This document shows positions 39,308-50,178 of a stretch of 64,000 nucleotides of DNA, in pieces. This stretch comes from an uncultured bacterium (GTDB taxonomy: Bacteria > Bacillota_I > Bacilli_A > RFN20 > CAG-826), in assembly GCA_949299195.1 (NCBI GenBank), contig CASFZN010000018.1:262129-326128 (forward strand), given 5' to 3'. Position numbers and translations under genes: made by a program. A model generated the notes under the pieces. The model searched no databases and had not been told where the DNA came from. It saw only the letters and a program-made list of their open reading frames with translations. Numbering within the stretch: position 1 is the stretch's first letter; each line of letters begins with the position of its first letter.

Positions 39308-40804
39308 ATGTTAGAAATTAAAAATCTTGATATTTTTTTATATCCAAAATATTTAGTAAAAAATTTTACCTTATATATAAATAAAGGTGATAAAGTAGCA
39401 ATTATTGGCGAAGAAGGAAATGGAAAATCCACTCTTTTAAAGTGCTTAATTGAAACCCCTTCTCATCTTGAAGTTAAAGGTGAAATTAATTTAAAAGGAA
39501 ATAGGTTAGGTTATCTTCCGCAACAATTGGAAGAAAAGTATCTAAATTTTCGAGTTTTTGACTATTTATTTAAGAATGAAACCGATTATTTCAATAATAT
39601 AAATGAATTTTATAAATATCTTAACGAAGTTAATTTAAAAGATGAGGTTTTATATCAAGAATTTAAAACTTTATCTGGAGGAGAAAAAGTTAAGGTAATG
39701 ATTTTAAAACTACTACTTGAAGAAGTAGATATTTATCTTCTCGATGAACCAACTAACGATTTGGATTTATCCACTTTAATTTGGTTAGAAAATTTTATTA
39801 ATTCTACTAATAAACCAGTAATTTTTGTCTCTCACGATGAAACTTTATTATCAAATACTGCGAATATTATCGTACATTTAGAACAAGTTAAAAATAAAAG
39901 TGAATGTAGACACACCATTTTTAAAGGCGATTATGAATCTTACGTAAATTTAAGGTTGAGTCATATTGCACATCAAACTCAAATAGCAAATTTCGAAAGA
40001 AAAGAATTTCAAAAACGAAAAGAAAGACTTAATCGAATAATGCAAAAGGTAGAAAATCAACAAAATAATGCAGTTAGAGATCCCTCTTTAGGAAGACTAT
40101 TAAAAAAGAAGATGCACTCTTTAAAATCTCAAGAAAGAAAACTGGATAAAACCGAATTAACTGAAGTTCCTGCTGTTGAAGAAGTTATAAAGTTTTCATT
40201 CAAGGAGGTAAATATTCCTAATTCAAGAGTTATTTTAGATTTAGAAATACCATCATTAGAAGTAGATAACAAAAAAATAACTGATTCTATATCCTTATAT
40301 ATAAAAGGGAATGAACATATTGTAATTATTGGCGAGAATGGTGTTGGGAAAACAACTTTAATTAAAATTATTTATGATATCTTAAAAGATAAACCATTTA
40401 AAATTGGATATATGAGTCAAAACTATGATGAAATACTTAATAATTACGAATATCCTGTGGAATTTATTACTTCCTCAAAAAAGAAAGAGGATATTACAAA
40501 AGTGCGACAATATCTTGGAAATATGAATTTTACAAGTGAAGAAATGAGCGGAAAAATTAAAGATTTAAGTAATGGCAGTAAAGCTAAACTTATCTTAACT
40601 AAATTGGTGTTGACTAAATCTGAAATTTTAATTTTGGATGAACCTACAAGGAATGTTAGCCCTTTGTCGAATCCAACTATTAGGAAAGTTTTAGCTTCTT
40701 TTAATGGTCCAATAATTTCTATAAGTCATGATAGAAAATATATAGAAGAAGTTGCCGACAAAGTTTATGTATTAACAAAAAACGGCTTAAATGAAATAAA
40801 ATAG
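39308..40804 (+). CDS. ABC-F family ATPase (two ABC cassettes joined by a charged linker, no TM domain). Size and architecture match Lsa/Vga/Sal-type ribosomal-protection ABC-F proteins
   Basis: Walker A GEEGNGKST and GENGVGKTT, signatures LSGGEKVKV and LSNGSKAKL, linker rich in K/R/E/Q. 498 aa. Confidence 0.8.
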   Translation: MLEIKNLDIFLYPKYLVKNFTLYINKGDKVAIIGEEGNGKSTLLKCLIETPSHLEVKGEINLKGNRLGYLPQQLEEKYLNFRVFDYLFKNETDYFNNINEFYKYLNEVNLKDEVLYQEFKTLSGGEKVKVMILKLLLEEVDIYLLDEPTNDLDLSTLIWLENFINSTNKPVIFVSHDETLLSNTANIIVHLEQVKNKSECRHTIFKGDYESYVNLRLSHIAHQTQIANFERKEFQKRKERLNRIMQKVENQQNNAVRDPSLGRLLKKKMHSLKSQERKLDKTELTEVPAVEEVIKFSFKEVNIPNSRVILDLEIPSLEVDNKKITDSISLYIKGNEHIVIIGENGVGKTTLIKIIYDILKDKPFKIGYMSQNYDEILNNYEYPVEFITSSKKKEDITKVRQYLGNMNFTSEEMSGKIKDLSNGSKAKLILTKLVLTKSEILILDEPTRNVSPLSNPTIRKVLASFNGPIISISHDRKYIEEVADKVYVLTKNGLNEIK

Positions 40805-40873
40805 TATGTATAAGAAAATAGTAAAAATTCTTATTCCTATTATTTAAAAGAATTTATCGCATTTTTAAGAATT

Positions 40874-41353
40874 ATGAAAAAGATAACCTTTTTTGAATCC
40901 GAAGTCGGAAAAATAAAACTAACAAGTGATGAGCACTCACTTTTAGAATGTAACTTTGTAGAAACTATAAATGAAGATGAAGTATTAGAAGAAAACGAGC
41001 TACTTTCTAAAGCAAAGAAAGAATTGGAAGAATATTTTCTTGGAAAAAGAACAACTTTTAATATCCCTTTAGATATAAAAGGCACAAAATACCAAAAAAT
41101 AGTATGGAATAAAATTTTAGAAATTCCTTATGGCGAAATTAAAACTTATAAAGAAATAGGAGAAGAAGTCAAAAAGGAGTTAGGACTAAAAAATATATCC
41201 TATAGAGCAATTGGAAAAGCTGTTGGAAGTAACAAACTTTTAATATTTATTCCGTGTCATCGAGTCGTTTATAAAGATAAATCTAAAAAAGAAATGTATA
41301 AAGCCGGGCCAGAAATAAAAAAATACCTATTAGATTTAGAATCAAGTAGGTAA
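40874..41353 (+). CDS. ogt: Methylated-DNA--protein-cysteine methyltransferase (O6-alkylguanine alkyltransferase)
   Basis: Active-site IPCHRVV and the upstream YGEIKTYKEIGE helix-turn-helix. 159 aa. Confidence 0.85.
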   Translation: MKKITFFESEVGKIKLTSDEHSLLECNFVETINEDEVLEENELLSKAKKELEEYFLGKRTTFNIPLDIKGTKYQKIVWNKILEIPYGEIKTYKEIGEEVKKELGLKNISYRAIGKAVGSNKLLIFIPCHRVVYKDKSKKEMYKAGPEIKKYLLDLESSR

Positions 41354-41452
41354 AAATGTCGATAAAATTATTTAAATAGTGAGCAAAAGAAAAAGGGTCG
41401 CTAGGGGTATTGGAGTATATAGGTATTTTTGCGACCCTATAATCTTATTTAT

Positions 41453-42211
41453 CTAGAATGAATCATCAATGTTCTTGAGAAATAGATTCATATTAGAACT
41501 AGGGAGGCTATCAACTTCGATATTGTATTGATAGCCAGTATATTTAAAGAAGACCAAGGAACGATCGATCTCTTTTTTGATGTGGAATGTTATTTTATCA
41601 AAGCTTAGTTTTTCTTGAGCTTCGGTATATTCATCTAAGTCGCTGATTGTACAATAATCGTGACCGACATAGAGATTAACATCTGGATCAAATTGAGATT
41701 CGTAGTTTAAGAAGTAAAGTATAGGTTTTGTAGCGTCAACCTTATCTGATATAGTTTCTTTTGGATAATATTCACGATATTCCCTGACATTTTCCTTCTC
41801 TACGAATGGAATAAAATCAAGATGTTCGAAATTATTTGGCTGTGCTACTTTTAAGTCCGATATGCTAAATGAAGTACTGCCATCTCCGTTTCCTCCGGTT
41901 TCGCCTTGAGGTCCGTGTTCTCCGAACGATGTTTGGAATGATGGAGTAAGGAATGCGACACACAATATAACAGCACTAGCAAGAGCGAGAGGAGAAAAGA
42001 TTTTAACAAAGAAAGAAAAGGTAAATTTCGGTTTTGTGGTTTTTTCAGAACTCAAGCAAGGAGACAATGAATTCTGTTTAGTAGGCAAATCACCTTCGGA
42101 GTGTTTTAAAAGAAGCTTCGCCCTAGATGTAACGTCTTTTCGAGGGCTTTCGCTGTTTGTAATATATTCGTTAAATATGTCGTTGAGTTGTTCATCTTTC
42201 TTATTCTTCAT
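41453..42211 (-). CDS. Putative membrane-anchored anti-sigma factor, cotranscribed downstream of the ECF sigma gene
   Basis: 252 aa with one central TM (FSPLALASAVILCVAFL) between a cytoplasmic N-terminus and an extracytoplasmic C-domain. 32 nt after the sigma gene stop. Confidence 0.4.
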   Translation of the reverse strand: MKNKKDEQLNDIFNEYITNSESPRKDVTSRAKLLLKHSEGDLPTKQNSLSPCLSSEKTTKPKFTFSFFVKIFSPLALASAVILCVAFLTPSFQTSFGEHGPQGETGGNGDGSTSFSISDLKVAQPNNFEHLDFIPFVEKENVREYREYYPKETISDKVDATKPILYFLNYESQFDPDVNLYVGHDYCTISDLDEYTEAQEKLSFDKITFHIKKEIDRSLVFFKYTGYQYNIEVDSLPSSNMNLFLKNIDDSF

Positions 42212-42243
42212 ATTTCTCCTCTACCTATAAAACAATTTTAGGT

Positions 42244-42804
42244 TTAATTTTGTCCATAATTTTTAAATTTATTTTTTAAATCTTCTTCAGCTTTTTTAAT
42301 TTCTTTAGCAACATAGGATTTAGACTTATGTAGTTCTTTAGCTATATCTCTAACATTCATGTCTAAAAAATACTTCATATAGATCATTTCTTTTATAATA
42401 GGAGGATGTAAAGAGTTCATAATTTCTTCGACCACTATCATATTTTGTGTTTTCTCATTAAAAGAAGAAGAGTCACTACTTAATACATCGAATTCATCAT
42501 ATGAAAATTCAGTGTTTTCTAATTTATTTTTAGTGTTTAAAGAATTTAAAGCGGTATTTCTAACGATTTGGATAACCCAGGCATAGCCGTTACTACCTTT
42601 TTTATATTTAGAAATATTATTAACAACCTTTATAAAAGATTCTTGAACGATGTCTTCGGCTAAAAAGGAGTCTTTAACAATTCCTTTAGCTACGATTAAC
42701 ATTGCCTTGCTCATAGCTATAAATAGGATATTGACTCCTCTATCATTGCCTTCTTTAATTAGGGTTAAACCTTCTTCAACTTTCTCGTAAACATCCTTTT
42801 TCAT
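42244..42804 (-). CDS. ECF-type sigma-70 family RNA polymerase sigma factor
   Basis: Region 2 (DIVQESFIKVVNNISKY...) and a region 4 HTH (MIYMKYFLDMNVRDIAKELHKSKSYVAKEIKKAEEDL). 186 aa. Confidence 0.8.
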   Translation of the reverse strand: MKKDVYEKVEEGLTLIKEGNDRGVNILFIAMSKAMLIVAKGIVKDSFLAEDIVQESFIKVVNNISKYKKGSNGYAWVIQIVRNTALNSLNTKNKLENTEFSYDEFDVLSSDSSSFNEKTQNMIVVEEIMNSLHPPIIKEMIYMKYFLDMNVRDIAKELHKSKSYVAKEIKKAEEDLKNKFKNYGQN

Positions 42805-42995
42805 ATTTAAGAATTGTATTTATTTTTCCACTAATTAACCTTTTTAACAAGTAATTTATAGTCTGTGCCTTTTTATATAATTACAACCTTATTAAAAGAG
42901 TATTTATTAAAATTGTCCTTATTTATATAATATAGGTATAAAATTTTAAAAAATTGTCACCATTAAAATAATTGTTGCTTAAGGAGGGATAGAAA

Positions 42996-43931
42996 ATGAC
43001 TGATTTTGAATCCAAATTAAGGCTACTTTATCTATTAATTGATAGAATTCCTGAATATGTAAGTGCTAATGAATTAGGTGAAAAGCTTAATGTTTCGCCA
43101 AGAACTATTAAAAGATATGCTAAATCATTAAAAGATATTGGTTTAGTTGATGTGAGAAACGGAAGTAAAGGCGGGTATGCTTTTGATGGGAAAAAGAGTG
43201 AGATTCTTCCTTTTTGTTTTAGTGGAACCTATGAAACAATATTAGCCAACCTTTCAATTGTTAATAATTCAGTTATAGATAGGATTAATCAAATAAATGT
43301 TAATCGCACTCAGATGCATAAAGATTTGATGCTTACTTCAAATGCTATTTCTAATGATGATTTAGAGAAAATGGTTCCTTTTGCAATGGATATAATTGAA
43401 AAAAGACCGATTTATATCACATATTCAAGGTTTAATGAAAACGAAGATAAATTAGAAAAATTTGATATTTTTATTAAACCAATATGTTTCAAAATTTATG
43501 ATGGATTTATATATTTGTTTGCATATTATTATGATGATATTAGAGCATATGCTTTAAATAGAATTGAAAGAAGAGAAGATAAGGAAATACCTAAAAAATA
43601 TAATAAACCTTATGAGATTCTTCAAAAAGACGTTAATAAGATTAAAAATTTATCTGATCACGAAATTTATGGAAGCGATGAGTTGTTTGAGTTTAAAATA
43701 TCAGTTAAACGCATTGTATATAATAGGTTAAAGAAGTGTTTTAAAAGAGATATTTATATTGACTATAATCGTAAAACCTCCGTTATTTCTATTAAAACAA
43801 GATCCTATAAAGAGACGGCGTCTTTATTATTATCGTGTGGACCAAATATTAGTTTCTTAGTTAAAAAAGACAATCCAGTTTACACCGAATATAAGGCATT
43901 TTTAGATGAAATGTATAAAAACAATTTATAG
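42996..43931 (+). CDS. YafY-type transcriptional regulator (N-terminal HTH, central WYL domain, C-terminal WCX-like domain)
   Basis: HTH LLIDRIPEYVSANELGEKLNVSPRTIKRYAKSL. WYL-like core FIYLFAYYYDDIRAYALNRIE. 311 aa, divergent from the ECF sigma operon. Confidence 0.55.
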   Translation: MTDFESKLRLLYLLIDRIPEYVSANELGEKLNVSPRTIKRYAKSLKDIGLVDVRNGSKGGYAFDGKKSEILPFCFSGTYETILANLSIVNNSVIDRINQINVNRTQMHKDLMLTSNAISNDDLEKMVPFAMDIIEKRPIYITYSRFNENEDKLEKFDIFIKPICFKIYDGFIYLFAYYYDDIRAYALNRIERREDKEIPKKYNKPYEILQKDVNKIKNLSDHEIYGSDELFEFKISVKRIVYNRLKKCFKRDIYIDYNRKTSVISIKTRSYKETASLLLSCGPNISFLVKKDNPVYTEYKAFLDEMYKNNL

Positions 43932-43934
43932 AAA

Positions 43935-43950
43935 GTTTCCACGTGGAAAC
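43935..43950. repeat. Dispersed palindrome copy 7, 3 nt after the stop of the WYL regulator gene
   Basis: Exact 16-mer flanked by AAA...TTTTT. Confidence 0.9.
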
Positions 43951-44308
43951 TTTTTAAAACTTACTAAGGTTTAAAAATAGGTTAATTAACACTTTCGTTT
44001 TTATTGAAATATTTATTTATATTCTTTGTAATCTTCTTTGGAATATTCCGATTTGTAGCCCGTATAAATTTGAATACTATCGTAAAATTAGACTAGAAAG
44101 CGAGAGATATAAAAAAAGAAGAAGCAAAAGCAGGAGCTGAATAATTTGCTCTTTTGAAAAAGATAGTTTGGTAAAAATTATGATTTTTTTAGAGAAAACA
44201 GTAGTCTTTAAACTTAGAAAAAGGCGACAAAAAATCTTTATATTTTTATTTATAAACGTGTTCTAATTTAGTAGAATATTTGTGGTCTTATATAAGGAGA
44301 AATTATAA

Positions 44309-45607
<1,299 letters not shown>

Positions 45608-45637
45608 TCAATAAATCTATATCTTAAATTAGTATTT

Positions 45638-45675
45638 AAAAAGACCATCAAGCTATCTTAGATGGTCTTTTTATA
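45638..45675 (+). terminator. Rho-independent terminator after eno (AAGACCATC ... GATGGTCTT plus T-tract)
   Basis: 9-bp stem followed by TTTTAT. Confidence 0.6.
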
Positions 45676-45738
45676 TGGTTACTATTTTATTGATTTTTAG
45701 TTAATATAATTCCCTTTTAATGATATACTTTTGGTCAT

Positions 45739-46398
45739 ATGAGTGTTTCAAAAGGCGAATTTAATAGAAGATTCTTAGATTTTGCAGGTATAACAACTTT
45801 AATTATGGCCATTTTTTATATAGCTAAAGCTTGTTTAACCTTCTTTTTAAATATAAATACCACAGATTTAGTAACTGAGATTACTGCAGTTTCTTTTTAT
45901 ATTGTTTTATATTTATTAGTATCAATATTTTATTTTTTAAGTAGAAATAGAACTAAAATTTATGCTCTTATCGCATCAACGATTTTATTAGTTATTCTAT
46001 TTTTGATTCCTTTTGTTATGAGTTTAGTAGGATATTTTAATCGACTTGTAGCGGGTGAATTTGACGTTTTATTAGATATATTAAATGTTAATGTTCCTCT
46101 AATTTTAGGAGTTACATATTTAATATTTTTAATTCTTAATTTTAATCATTATAAAAAAGAATATTTGGTTGTTCTTAAAATTTTAGGCGTAATAATCGGA
46201 ATTATTTTAATTTCTGGTGATCTAAGCGCATTAATAAAGGGAGTATTAAGTTATATTGAATCTATTGGGAATTTAAGTGTAACGCTTAATACTACTGTTA
46301 GTTTTATATTGACAACTATTGAATCATCTTTATCGACATTAATCGCATTAATTATTACTCTTTTACCTTTTTATTTAGATAGAAAGCATGTAAATTAA
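45739..46398 (+). CDS. Hypothetical polytopic membrane protein, paralog A
   Basis: 219 aa with about 6 TM segments. Paralogous to the next gene (shared ...HYKKEYLVVLKILGVIIGIILISG... and C-terminal LLPFYLD motifs). Confidence 0.45.
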   Translation: MSVSKGEFNRRFLDFAGITTLIMAIFYIAKACLTFFLNINTTDLVTEITAVSFYIVLYLLVSIFYFLSRNRTKIYALIASTILLVILFLIPFVMSLVGYFNRLVAGEFDVLLDILNVNVPLILGVTYLIFLILNFNHYKKEYLVVLKILGVIIGIILISGDLSALIKGVLSYIESIGNLSVTLNTTVSFILTTIESSLSTLIALIITLLPFYLDRKHVN

Positions 46399-46432
46399 TG
46401 GTATAATCTTTAAATATTTAGGATGTAGTTTT

Positions 46433-47089
46433 ATGGATAGAAAATTAAATCGAACTGAATTAAAAGGAGCATTCTTAACAACTAGCGCTGTAGTTTGTCT
46501 TGCGATGATTCTTGTTAACATTGTTAGTATCGTCATCATGATGATGAGAGGACAAGGAAGTTTTAATATTTTTGATATTATCTTTTTAGGAATTGATGTT
46601 GTATTTTATTGTTTTGTTGCATCTCAATTTTATAAAGCGAGAACATCTAATAATTATGGTTTTGCATTATATGCAGTCTTATCTTTAGCGTTAGTTGAAT
46701 ACGTAATTCCAGCAATTATGTTCTTTATTCAAGGTATCTTTGTTTTAGATATAATTACCACTATTTTAGCAATAGTTATGGGGTTAGGCGTTGGTTTAGC
46801 ATACGGAATTATTTTAATTATTGAAGCTAGAAATCATAAAAAAGGATTGATTACCGCTTTAAAAGTTTTAGGAATTATCTTAGGAGTTATTGGCTTATTT
46901 TCAATTATTAGTGGATTTACTTATATGGGAATGGAATTAACTCAGTATTTTTTAATGGGAGGAACTTTAACTACTTTAGATACTTTAGCCTATGTTATGG
47001 AAGGTGTTGCAATGATCGTTTCTTTCCTCTTTACTCTTATTTTCTCAATCTTCCCTTTCTATTTAGATGATGAAAGAAAATATAATTAA
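46433..47089 (+). CDS. Hypothetical polytopic membrane protein, paralog B
   Basis: 218 aa with the same architecture as paralog A (NHKKGLITALKVLGIILGVIGLFSIISG, IFPFYLDD). Confidence 0.45.
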   Translation: MDRKLNRTELKGAFLTTSAVVCLAMILVNIVSIVIMMMRGQGSFNIFDIIFLGIDVVFYCFVASQFYKARTSNNYGFALYAVLSLALVEYVIPAIMFFIQGIFVLDIITTILAIVMGLGVGLAYGIILIIEARNHKKGLITALKVLGIILGVIGLFSIISGFTYMGMELTQYFLMGGTLTTLDTLAYVMEGVAMIVSFLFTLIFSIFPFYLDDERKYN

Positions 47090-47124
47090 TTAAAATAATA
47101 ATTCGATATTTATCAAATAAAAAG

Positions 47125-47140
47125 GTTTCCACGTGGAAAC
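47125..47140. repeat. Dispersed palindrome copy 8, between convergent genes (paralog B end and the 110-aa ORF end)
   Basis: Exact 16-mer flanked by AAAAG...TTTT. Confidence 0.9.
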
Positions 47141-47151
47141 TTTTATTATTT

Positions 47152-47484
47152 TTAACATATCGAATTAAATAGATCTTCATTATCAATATCAATAATATTT
47201 TTTAAAGGAAGATAGAAGGATGTGAAGTATACTATTTTCTTATTTATATCGATTGATACGATCTTGTCTTTAAGGCGATATAAATAACCATCATAATAAA
47301 TTAAGATATTTAAAGGAGTTTTATAATCATATTCTTTTAAAATCTTATCAATTTTACGAGTATGTTCGTTAAAAACTAATGGTTTATCAATCTTATATTT
47401 ATCATAAATCATTCTTTCTAAGATCTTACCTTGTTCTACTAAACTAGAAAAAGGTAACCATTTCTTCATTCCTCTTTCTTTCAT
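47152..47484 (-). CDS. Hypothetical small protein (110 aa)
   Basis: ORF with a plausible RBS. No family recognised. Confidence 0.3.
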   Translation of the reverse strand: MKERGMKKWLPFSSLVEQGKILERMIYDKYKIDKPLVFNEHTRKIDKILKEYDYKTPLNILIYYDGYLYRLKDKIVSIDINKKIVYFTSFYLPLKNIIDIDNEDLFNSIC

Positions 47485-47555
47485 AAATCAAGTATTATTA
47501 TAAAGGTATATTTCTTTTTATTTAAGTTTTTAAGGATTATAATTTTAAAGGTTAA

Positions 47556-49019
47556 TTGGATATGGATGAGTTTAAAAAATTAGAGATAGAAAAAGTAATA
47601 GAATATAAAGACTTAATATATAAAAATAATCGAGAACTATGCGATAATTCACTTGGAGTCATCTATGGATATAATGATTATTTTAACTTTCTTTATAGTA
47701 TAGATGAAAAAAGAAACATCTTTTATTTAAAAGGAGAATATGATTCTAAAAAGTATTCATATTATCTACCTTTTTTAGATAATATGAATTATTTAGATTA
47801 TTCACTAAAATATATTGAAAATATGGCACTATTAGAAAAAGAAGAACCTTTAACTTTTTGTTGTGTTAGAAATTCGCTCTTGCCTTATTTAACAAGTAGA
47901 TATCCAAATAATGAAGTTTATTATGAACGTGATTGGAGTGATTATTTATATTTTTTAAATGATTTAAAAGATTTTAAAGGTAATAAATTTTCTTCTAAAA
48001 GACATCAAAAGAATAATTTCATCAAACTTTACCCTCATATTATTTTTAAAAAAGTAGAGAACAACGAAATAAATGAAGAATTAATTTTAAAAATTAAAGA
48101 CTTTGTAATTTATTTTGAATCTAAAAAGAACCTATCTAAAATTGGGGAATTAGAAGAAAACGCAACTTTAAAATTAATACATAAAATTAAAGATTTTAAT
48201 TTAGATTTATTTCTCCTTTTAGATGAAAATAAAATCATTGGAGTTTCAGTAATAGAAAAAGTAAACAATGTTGTTATTGAACATATCGAAAAATGTCACC
48301 GCATGGAATATAAAGGAATTTATCCCTATTTTATTCATAAAATAACAAGTTATTATGCGGAAAAATATAGTAATGAAACACTATATCTAAATAGGGAAGA
48401 CGATTCAGGAGATGAAGGATTAAGATATTCAAAAATTGAGCTTCATCCAATTGAATTAGTGCATAAATATGTATTTAAAGTAATGAATAATCTTAACTTT
48501 TTAGATTCTATTCCTGAAATTATAATTAATGAAGATTACATGATTAAAAATTTAGAAATAAAAGATAAAGAGAGATATAAAAAACTCGTAGATGATAAAG
48601 AAATTAATAAATATTTTTATTTAGTAGATGAAGTAGTTCCTTCTTTCGATTCCCATACTTTATATAACAATTTAATTAATAGTTTAAAGAAAAAAGAATC
48701 TTATTCCTTCTTTATATATAAAAAGAATAAGGAAAATAACGGTTCAAACTCGTTAGTAGGCGAAATTATTTTATGGAATCTTACTAATGATAATAAGTGT
48801 GAAATAGGAATAAGAATATTTAATGAATATAGTGGCAAAAATATTGCATATTTAGCATTAAACTCTCTATTTTCGTATATAAAAAAGAATTTTAATCTAA
48901 CAAAGATTAAAATTCGTTATTATAAAGAAAATAGTAGAAGTGAAAAACTATTCTCAAGATTTAATATAGAGTTTATTAAAGAAGATAAAATCTATAAATA
49001 TTATGAATTAAGCTTATAA
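47556..49019 (+). CDS. Hypothetical protein with a C-terminal GNAT-like acetyltransferase domain
   Basis: 487 aa. The last ~160 aa look like a RimL-type GNAT (LVGEIILWNLTNDNKCEIGIRIFNEYSGKNIAYLALN). The N-terminal ~300 aa are unassigned. Confidence 0.35.
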   Translation: MDMDEFKKLEIEKVIEYKDLIYKNNRELCDNSLGVIYGYNDYFNFLYSIDEKRNIFYLKGEYDSKKYSYYLPFLDNMNYLDYSLKYIENMALLEKEEPLTFCCVRNSLLPYLTSRYPNNEVYYERDWSDYLYFLNDLKDFKGNKFSSKRHQKNNFIKLYPHIIFKKVENNEINEELILKIKDFVIYFESKKNLSKIGELEENATLKLIHKIKDFNLDLFLLLDENKIIGVSVIEKVNNVVIEHIEKCHRMEYKGIYPYFIHKITSYYAEKYSNETLYLNREDDSGDEGLRYSKIELHPIELVHKYVFKVMNNLNFLDSIPEIIINEDYMIKNLEIKDKERYKKLVDDKEINKYFYLVDEVVPSFDSHTLYNNLINSLKKKESYSFFIYKKNKENNGSNSLVGEIILWNLTNDNKCEIGIRIFNEYSGKNIAYLALNSLFSYIKKNFNLTKIKIRYYKENSRSEKLFSRFNIEFIKEDKIYKYYELSL

Positions 49020-49877
49020 AGTTTCAGAAACTGCAATAGCAATAACTCCAGGTCCGGTATGAACACTAACAACAAGTGAAAGTGGTGCAACATGGATATT
49101 ATCAAAACCTAATTCCTCTTTTACGGTTGGTAAAAACTCTAAAGCTTCTTCTTTATTATGTGAATAACATAAAGAAATGGAGAGCTTTTCTTTTGGAGTA
49201 TCTTTAAATTTAGTATTTAATTCTTTTTTAATTGCGTCTAAAAGTAAAACTCTTGCTTTTTTAGTGCCTAAAGCTTTTGCATAAGCATCTAATTTACCAC
49301 TAAATAAACATAAAATTGGTTTAATATGTAAAGCTCCTCCTAAAAGCGCAGCGGCAGGAGTAACTCTTCCACCTTTTTTAAGGAATTTAAGTGTATCAAC
49401 AATTACATAAATTGAAGCATTTGATGAGTTTTTTTCTAAGATTTCTTTGATTTCTTTAGCATCTTTTCCTTCATTAGCTAATTTAATAGCATCTTTAACA
49501 GCACATTTAAGTGTTGGCTCAATTCTATGATTATCAACAACATAAACCTTTCCTTTAAATTCATCTTGTTGAGATAAATTAATAGCGGTTTGAGTAGTAT
49601 AAGATAAACCACTACTCATAGGAATATGTACGATTTGATCGTATGTTTTCAATTTTTCTTCCCATAAACCCATAACTTCACCTGGTGAAGGTTGAGAAGT
49701 AGAAACGTTTCTATCACTATTTAAAATTTCAAAAAATTGATCTTCAGTGATATTTTCATCTTGGAAATATACTTCTCCATCGATGATCATTGGCATTCTT
49801 AATAAGGTAATGCCTAATTCTTTAGCTTCTTCTTTGGTGAAGCCAGCGTTATCGTCAGTTATAATACAAATTTTCAT
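49014..49877 (-). CDS. DegV-family fatty-acid-binding protein
   Basis: MKICIITDDNAGF N-terminus and overall DegV pattern. 287 aa. Confidence 0.85.
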   Translation of the reverse strand: MKICIITDDNAGFTKEEAKELGITLLRMPMIIDGEVYFQDENITEDQFFEILNSDRNVSTSQPSPGEVMGLWEEKLKTYDQIVHIPMSSGLSYTTQTAINLSQQDEFKGKVYVVDNHRIEPTLKCAVKDAIKLANEGKDAKEIKEILEKNSSNASIYVIVDTLKFLKKGGRVTPAAALLGGALHIKPILCLFSGKLDAYAKALGTKKARVLLLDAIKKELNTKFKDTPKEKLSISLCYSHNKEEALEFLPTVKEELGFDNIHVAPLSLVVSVHTGPGVIAIAVSETL

Positions 49878-50178
49878 TTGATAGTTCCCCTTTAAATTGT
49901 CTAAAACGGAATAATTATAATAAATATCGATTTTTTTGAAAAGTTGATACTAAAAACTAGGAGTCGAGTATAAAAATTGGATGTTGTAGTTTTTAAAACT
50001 AGCAAATAAAAAACTACTAGAAAACTACTAAAATTAGGTTTTTTGTTATGATTGAAATTGATATTAAAAATATGTAAAAATAAAGTTACTTAAAAATTGG
50101 GCGAAAACGAAACAAAAACAACTATTTTTAATTGTTTTTGTTATTTAATTTTTAGTATAATCGACAAGGGAATTTCTT

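Noticed and set aside
41395-41450. Hairpin GGGTCGC ... GCGACCC between convergent ogt and the anti-sigma gene, as a possible structured RNA
   Set aside because: The 27-nt loop and the position between convergent stops are most simply explained by a weak bidirectional terminator. There is nothing distinctive beyond that.
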